Of a stretch of 64,000 nt of DNA, positions 8,952-17,900 are shown piece by piece. The stretch is taken from NCBI GenBank assembly GCA_964487745.1, contig CAZASG010000002.1, positions 46,360-110,359 on the forward strand, in the 5' to 3' direction. Within the stretch, counting starts at the first letter, position 1; every line of letters begins with the position of its first letter. A model generated the notes under the pieces. It had not been told where the DNA came from, did not search any database, and saw only the letters and a list, made by a program, of their open reading frames with translations. Source of the DNA: an uncultured Anaerolineaceae bacterium. Its GTDB lineage: Bacteria > Chloroflexota > Anaerolineae > Anaerolineales > Villigracilaceae. The translations under genes were made by a program, and so were the position numbers.

Positions 8952-11900
8952 TTATTTGTGAATAACGATCGACCCTCCTTTGATGGCAACGCTTGGATCG
9001 GCGTCATCAGGCAAGGTTGGGTGATTATCGTAGACAATCACGCCTGTTGATGTATCCCAGATCTTAATGCGGAAGTAATCATCTCCATCGCCTGAGATCT
9101 TCCCGTCAATGACCGTGACAAAGAAACTGTATCCACTAGCATCATTGACCGTCCCGGTGCCCTGGAATTGTGCTCTTTCGCCAGAGACCACCAACCAATC
9201 GTAGGCTGTACTCTTGAAACGCAGATCGTTGACTTTGAAGTTCGTATTGCCAAAGGGCATCTTGGCGTCCATATGGTATTTAGCGTTGAAGCCAAAATTT
9301 GCTTTATCAGATGTTTCGGGGTCTGTGAACCAACCGCCGCCAGTGACAAAGCCACCTTCAGGATCAAAGACGACGACATATTGATAATATTCAGTCGCAA
9401 CGCCATCGTCATCATCAGTGACTATCAGTGTAAGCGTGTATACACCGGGCACAGCGTATTGATGTGCTCCTGTGAGATAGTAGCCGCTGACCACGCCCGC
9501 AGAGGATGTTCCATCACCCCAATCCCAGAGAGCGGTATGGGTATCTTCAACACCAGGATCAGTAAAGAAAGCATTGACATCAACCACTTCATCAACCTGA
9601 ACAGGGTCAATCGGTGCTGAGATCTCTGTGATCTGCGGCGCAACATTAAGGACTTCGATCTGAACCGTATCCGTATCAGACAGATCACCTGTATCGGTAA
9701 CCTGCAAACCTATGGTGTAAAGTCCGTTTTCGGTGAAGCTCCAGTCAACAGTAAGTCCGACTGCATCATCATACTCACCGTCATTATCCAGATCCCAGTT
9801 GTATGTCAACTCGTCATTGTCGGGATCGGATGAGCCGACTGCGTTCAGCGTAAATATTTCGCCCTCGTTGACAACCTGGTCGGCACCTGCATCGGCAATC
9901 GGTGGTGAATTCGTGAAGAAAGCCAACTCAAAGAGACTCAAACTGCTGATCTCAATGGTCAGCAGATTCGCCACCATATCACAGCTCGGGTTGACGACAC
10001 ATGAGGCAGTCATGATGACGCCGTCCTTAATGAGTAGCAAGTTTGCCTCTTCATAGGTAGTGCCGTCGATGATGCCGTCATCGTCTGCATCGTCCCAGCG
10101 TAGAGTCAGGAGAGCAGGCGGATCAAAGATCGTTCCTTCGGGTTGGATACTGTAACTCTGGATGACGAAAAGCTCGCCTTCAAAGTTGGTTACTTCGTAA
10201 CCTGCACCACTGTCTGTAATGGAGAAACTGATCTCATCAGAAAGCGCATTATCAGGAATATCGAGAGAAGCATTACCATCCAGAGTTTCAACGGTACCAC
10301 CATCTGAGCCAACCACACTTGCTCCTGAAGCGCCAGGATCGCAGGTGTCAGTATCATCATCCGGGCAGGGATCAAGGACATCGGCAACGCCATCGCCATC
10401 TACATCACGCTGATCGGGGTTATAGTCTTCAGGCGCATTATCGTCACCGTCGGCGATATGATCACCATCGGTATCAAAGTAAAGGGAAATGCTGCCGTCT
10501 GGGGCGATCACCTTGATAAAGTTGAACGTCAATGTTGGGGCAACGAAAACCCCATCTCCACGATCAACAAACTCTGCCGCGCCAACAGGAAGCATAGCAA
10601 CCAACTCCTGCCCTGAATCCAGATCAAGGTAAGTCGCGTTAAGGGTAAGATCACTGACCGTCTTATAACGGAATTGGCTGTTCCCCTCCCCAAAGGGATC
10701 CTGGCCAGAGTACCAGCGGTACACCCATTCAGTACCTGCATAGGCATCGATCTCCACATCATTTAGTGGCAGATCGCATTCGGCTTCGCCCTGCGGACAG
10801 GCACCAGCACCGGCATGGTCAACAATATGCACGGTTGTGTAAACATCATGCATAGCCGTAGCGCGCACAATATCGTACTGTAATTCAATATAGGGGTTCC
10901 CATGAGGCTGCGCCAGCGGGTCAAAATCAAAGAAAGTGGCCTCCGGGACACCATCAACATGATCCCAGAACTGAACCATAAGCGGAACACCGTTCTCATC
11001 CAGGAATTCCGCATTGGCACAGCCAATTGCCACCGAGGGGCCCGTAGCGGAGATAAAGCCATCCACAGGTCCCGGGGGCACCTTCTGCACTACAAACTCC
11101 CCATTCAGATCGGTGCAAACATGCCAGCTGTAGCGTTCGCCATTAAAGATCGGTCCATTAACCCAGACTTCAACATCGCTAAGCGGCTGTCCATCCAGAA
11201 GGACCGTGCCGCGAATTTCTCCTATGGGCGAGGCAACATACGTTTTATTCTCGCCGGCAAATTGGGCTACATCCAGAGCTGTGATGACTTCGATATCGAG
11301 GACATCCCATTCAAATTCTTCATCACCGGGGATGGCAAAATCCACCAACCAGTTTCCAGCCCCATCCGCCAGCGTGTGGCGGCGAATACCAAATTGCCAG
11401 GCTTCCACAAAGACATGGCTGCCGGGCGACGCCGTTCCACTGACCTGATCGTTTGCTGCGTCAAGAGTGCCAAGCTCAAGCTCGGTCGCAACGCTCTCTT
11501 TGGTGATCTCTCCATTGGAAACAACTGCGCGATAACCGGGCTGCATCTCGAACGCATCACCATAATAGAAAATCGCATGCGGGAAGTGGAAATCAGTTGC
11601 AAACCAGGCTTGCGCCACAACCTGGGGTTCCGGATTGTAGATGAGATTGTCATTCTGATCATAGATGTGCAGAGTCAACTCATCACCGATGTCCCAGAAG
11701 GGAGCCCAGATCAATTTTTCAGTGTAGGAAATGTTGACGAGTCCGCCCCCGCATTCCTGCCTGCTACCGTTATATCCAAGTGACCAACAACCCGAGTCAG
11801 CCTCTCGCACAGCCGTATCCCGCACAACTGCCGCCAACGCAGCACGATTGATAAGCAATTCACCACCCTGCAAGACCGCCGTTTCTTCGATGCGTTCAAG

Positions 11901-14900
11901 CAGCAAGCGTGCAGCATCATAATAAAGAACGGCAAAGTTGCTCGGCTCAAGTCCAAAGCGGGCGCCAAAGTCGTAATTCCAGGCCTGCACACTCTGCTGT
12001 CCACGTAGTTCATCGAGCCAATAGGCCGAATCATGGTCAAAATCAGAGAAGATCGTGCGATTAAAGACCGTTGGTCCATAAGCAGGCACTGTTTGCATTG
12101 TGGCAGAGCCGGAGAGCATCACAAGCCCGGCTTCTTCGTAGATCGGCGCACCGCCTTTGACGCTGCTCGAGCAAATATGCCCGATCACGCCCACTATGCT
12201 TGGGTCTTGAATAACCTGCAAGGCAGCCTGCTCGCCTGAAGCGAAATCACAGGCGCTGTCAAATTCGGTGAACTGGACATCAAATCCCTCAACGGGGCCG
12301 TGATCTTCAATAGCCATCTGCAAAGCACGGATGGCATCTTCACCGATGAAAGTCACTGGTCCTGTCAGATCGACGGCGGCTGCCAGATTAATGGTTTCGC
12401 CAGGCTGAACGACCACATCGGTCGTTGGCACAAAGCCTGCATCGGGCGAAGTCAAAATTGAGAAATCTACAATGGTCTGGTTACCATCTTCATCACGTTG
12501 TCTGGCGCTCCCCTCGCTGCCAACTTGCAGATCGAAGCCCCAGGCACCAAAATCTGCTTGCCAGGTGCCACCACTATCGGCAACAATGCTAAAGCCCACG
12601 CAATCGGAGAGGTCGTAGTTGTTGCATACATTAAGATCGATCTGTTCGTTCGGGGCAGATGTCCCTGAAACGGTATCAAGCCCAAGGTCCACGTTCGTGA
12701 TCGACAAGTCTGACACCGTGTACGTAGCTTCAGGGACTCCTTCCACGAAGATCGTGAAGCCAGGTTCAATATCCACCCTACCCGCCAACTCAAATCGGGC
12801 AATAGTCCCCACATCCGGATACATCCCTGAGAAGAATTCAGGCAGCGGCACGGATGTTCTGGTTTCAAAATAATCACCAACTTCCGGGGTTGCGGGATCG
12901 TCAATGATAATGCTGACTTCATCTCCAGCCCAGTTATATATCTCGACCACCTCGTTGCTCGGCATCGATTCGTCAGCAGCGTAAACGCCAATGGTCGGTG
13001 GCGCATAGGTCCACAGATCGTAGTAGGGAACCAGACCAAAACTGGACACAAATCTGGGGTTGACGTAATTAACCGTATCGTAGAAGAAGACAGGAATGAC
13101 GGCCACATCATCTTCCACCAATATTCGCTCAGCATCCTGCAAATAGGAGATACGCTGGGCAGTATCGGCTTCGCTGAGGCTAAGATCGATCAAGTTTCTG
13201 TATTGGGCGTTATCCCAACCTGTAAAGCTTCTATCCGAATCCGGGTGGAAGAGATCGTTGAGAATATTATTGGCATCAAAGTAATCGATCCGCCAGCCTA
13301 ACCTATATAGATGGTAGTCACAATTGGATGGGTTATCTTGACAACCATGCAGGTTGTCAAGATAGGCAGACCAATCTTCAAACTCTACCCGTACAGGGAT
13401 ATTGAGTATGGTACGCCACTGTTCAGCGACATATTCCATCGGCCCCTCATGTCCATTATTGGCATAAAGCACGATCTCAGGGAAACCTGCCCCGCCAGGA
13501 TAACCGGCATCGCTCAAATAGGTTTGTGCTTGAGCCGCATCAAAGGGGTGTCCAACGTTGCTGCCCTGATAGCTCGGGAAATCGGGAGAGATCACACCGG
13601 TGGCATCTTCACGCCAGGGCATATCGAGAACATTATCCAATAGATCGCGCCGATCAAATGCCGAAGCCAAAGCCTTTCTAACTAGCGGGTTATCCATCGG
13701 GGCTTTTCCAACATTCACACCGAAGTAATAGATACCCGGAGCAGGCGAGAGCACCCGATCAGAGAGCAAATCAGGGTTATTCTCCGTATTCGGCAGGACA
13801 TCGATGATCCCTTGGTGATAAGCGTCGACTTGAGTGCCAACGTCTCCTATCACAGAAAAACCGATCTGTTCAAAGGTCACATCACCAGCGTTATGGAAAG
13901 TTTGAGAACGTTCCATCAGCAAGTGCCCATCATCATGTTCGAGCAAGATATAGGGGCCATTCCCTACAAAGTTTTCGGGGTTTGTCCAACCATCCCCATA
14001 CTGAACGATCAAATCTTCACGCACAGGAACAATTCCCGGGCTCGCCAAGATCTGCGGGAAATAAGCCGCAGGACTATGGAGTGTGATCTGCAATATATGA
14101 TCACCCTGTGCCAGTAGCCCAACAGAACTCGGATCTGGATTCAAACCATCATAGAAATCCTGTGCCCCTGCGATCGGGAACAACAGGTATGCGTAATCAG
14201 TAGCAGTATCGGGTGCCAACATGCGCAAGAATCCATCCACAAAATGTTGTGCAAGAACTGGTGTGCCGTCATCCCAATAGGCGTCATCACGCAAGGTGAT
14301 GGTGTAAACCAGACCATCAAGTGAAAGTGAATGATCTATTGCGGCAGCATCAAACAGAGTACCGCTGTCGTCTATGCGGAAGAGCGGTTCCCAAAGCAAG
14401 TTGGAGATCGACCAGCTTTCATAGTCAAATCCGAGCCGATTTAGATCAGGGCTGTAGGGGATCGAAACAACCAGCGGCACTTCATCAGGGGCTTCCCAAA
14501 TGGAAGGCCCTTCACCCCAGTATTCCAGAGTGCCATCATCGCTGCCATCCGGATTCAATTGGATGGCACGCCCCCAATCCCCTTCCTGAATATCAGCCAA
14601 TTCCTGCTCAAAATCTTCGTCACCTACTTGTGAGTAATCTGCTACCCATAAACCGGCACCATCTGCCGTGACATAGCGTGCGTTCCCCTCCTGTGACCAA
14701 ATATTTACCGCCACACGTGAACCCGGGTCTGCGATGCCGCTGACCGTATCGTTCTCGTAATTAACTTCGTTTATCGTTAATTGTGAAACCAAGACCGTCT
14801 TGCTCGCAGTATCACCCGACATGGTCACATAATGACCGACTTGTAAGTCGAAGACACCGTTCAGGTCGAAGCAAGGGTTGCCACACCAGGGATCATCGTC

Positions 14901-17900
14901 CACGTTTCTGGTGTCTTCATACAATATGCCGTTGTTTGGATCGGTATCATCGTCAATTATCAGAGTAACATCACTTCCTTCTGGCCAATCGTGTCCATGC
15001 ACTTCGGGATGAGATGGAACAGCATGCAGGGTGTAGTTATATATCGTTATCCCGAACATGGTGCTGTCATTGTCTTCATCCCACTCACTTGAATCAACCC
15101 AGGAACCGGGCTGAATATCAAAAGTTTGATCTTCCCAATTTTGATCACCGGGGACACTGAAATCCGCCATCCAGTCGCCGTTGGAGTCGGCAAGCTCATC
15201 GCGATTGATACAATCAAACTCACCACATACCCAAACGCCGATCCAAGTATCTGGAGTAGCAACGCCATAGACCTGATCCGTATGAACATCGACATCTGTG
15301 ATCGCCATATTGGTCACAAGCAATTCTTTGGTTATATTTCCATCTGTGACCGTAACAAAATCGCCGACCTTGAGATCATAGGCATCCCAAAGTTCAAACT
15401 GGAACCAGGTCTGTTCCGGATTCCAATCGGCATATCCAACGGTTCTCGTGTCTGTATAATCCGGGTTCTCTGGTGTAGCAGGGTCATCGATCTCAAGGGT
15501 AACGACTACACCTTCATCCCAATCCCAACCTTCGATATTGTCATGATTCGCGCGTGCACCTATCGTAGGATTCATGATATGGATACCCGCCATGGTCGAA
15601 TCGCCATCTTCATCGTTTTGTGAAGAATCGATCCAGGTGCCGGGGACAATATCCCGGGTATCCTGCTCGTCATCTTCTATACCGGGATTGGCAAAATCAG
15701 CCGTCCATTGCCCGCCACCATCCGCATAGACGTGGCGATTTGTGCAGCCCTGATCGCCACATATCCAGATATCCACCCGACTGTCAGGATCGGCGGTACC
15801 ACTCACTATATCCGTATCCACATCCGCGTTATCCATCGTCAGACTGGTGACGGTGTGTACTTTCGTCACACTGCCATCGGAAGCCGTGACTACGTCGCCC
15901 GGTTTTATATCGTAGATATCCCATAATTGAAAATCCAAGGTGGTTTGGCTAGGGTCCCAGTGCGCTTCAATAACTTCTCCTGAAGCCGTATGATCGGGGG
16001 CCTCTGGCGTCGCAGGGTCATCAATCTCGATGTCGACAATTGCCCCAAGCTCCCATTCCCAACCTTCAATACGATCTTCTGCAGGTCGAATACCAAGCTG
16101 CGGATTGGCTATCTTCCAAAAGTATTGAGTGTCAGTGTTGTTTTCTCCGTGGATGATCAAGCCACCCTCGCTACCCAATTGAATATCAAAAGGTTGCTCA
16201 CAAAGAGGGTCGGAAACATTTATTGTCCAGTCACCGGTTCCTGAAACAGTTGTGGAACATCTCTCCCCTTGTCCTGTCCAAGTATATGCTTCTACTATTT
16301 CCCCAGGCGTTGCAGTACCTGTGAAAGTATCGGTTTCAGGATTAATATTGGTTACATCCAAATGATATACAACATGTTCTTTTGTTGTATTCCCGTCTGA
16401 GACAGTCACCAAATCGCCAGGCTGAATTTCGTATTGATCTCCCGGAGCAAACAGGGCGAATGTCTCATCACCATTGAGTACTTGATCCACCCAAGCAGAG
16501 GCTGAGTAATCAACTCCTACGCCATTATCCGGATCATCTATCGTAAGGGACAACTCAGCGCCAAAGGGCCAATAACTGCAATGGATTTCCTGATAGTTGA
16601 TAACAACCTGTACTTGAGGGTCTTCTGGAACCCACCAGAAATAGACCGTGCTATCACCGTCTGCATCCATCTGGCCTGCACCTCCACCAACTGAAGGGGC
16701 GAGATCGCAGGGGTTGAAATCAGCAGTCCAGTTTCCATTTTGATCTGCGATGATCTCAGAGTTACAGGAATGCTCTTCATGTAACCAAGCTTGTACTGCG
16801 GTTCCAGCTACCGCTGTCCCGCTGACTGTATTCAAATCCGCATTAATTTCGGTAACATTGAGATCGGTAATGAGCAATTCCTTGGTCGTTGTCGTACCAG
16901 TCACTGTTACAAAATGACCGGGTTGCAAATCGAAACTCCCTAGGCGAAATTCCTTAACGCCAACAGAGGGATTCCAATCTGCGGGGCCTACTTCACCACT
17001 ATCAGAATACAGAACCCCGTTGAGAGGATCAGTATCATCATCGATTGTTAGGTCAACTATTTCTCCAAAAGCCCAATCTCGGACATCAATCCAGTCTTCT
17101 TCAGAATCATTGGGATGTGCCCATACTTCGGGCTGCAATATCTGCCAATATTGTTGCGTGCAATCCCCGTCTTCATCACATTGATTGGCTTCACTACCCA
17201 TTCCTGGAGTTAGATCAAATGTATCCTGTTCGTCATCATCTTCGCCGGGAATGGAAAAATCTGCTTGCCAATCACCATTCACATCAGCAATCTCCCGGCG
17301 GAAGCCATAGCAGCCAGATTCATCACAATGGATGTGGCCGATATTCACTTCGGAACCGGGCTCTGCTGTCCCTGAAACGGTATCAGTTTCCGGATCAGCG
17401 TCTGTTACGATGAGTTGGGTAACGGTATGTATCTTCGTGACTGTCCCATCGGTCATCTCAACAATTTGTCCGGCTTGAAGAGTCCAGCTTTCATTAAATG
17501 AGAAGCGTACAAAAGTCTGGTTGGGATCCCAATCTGCAATCTCGACTGTCTGTATATCGGAGTAAGTGCCATCGATAGTCAAGGTAACCTCTGTACCATC
17601 CGACCACCCATAGCCATGTATTTCGTTTTCCTGTAAGCGCGCTGAGAATGATGGGTCGTATTCAGGGGAGGTATTCCAGTTTTCCAGCGTTAATCCTGCT
17701 GCTGCGACCATCTCACGTGCAAAACCATAATCCGCATCAACTGCTGAAGTTATCCCCTCCCAGCCGTACGAATCACCGCTGCCAACTGAATTCCACCAAT
17801 CACCTGTTTCAGCAAAGGACAATAGGGCAGTTTCGATTTGCGCGCGGCTAACAGATGGAAAATCAGGGCCGAAAGCAATACCATCATGTGGAATTTTCTC

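Noticed and set aside
10902-11783. 293-aa plus-strand ORF inside the giant gene
   Set aside because: It is antisense to a strongly supported 10.5-kb CDS. The product is low-complexity with no motifs and no SD. Such ORFs are a typical by-product of a long open frame on the opposite strand. The same applies to the other plus-strand ORFs between 9168 and 18412.
14508-17630. Possibility that the regular repeats are a CRISPR or satellite array
   Set aside because: The period is about 500-540 nt, the copies are only about 40-70% identical, and all are in frame within one CDS. These are protein-domain repeats, not a CRISPR array.
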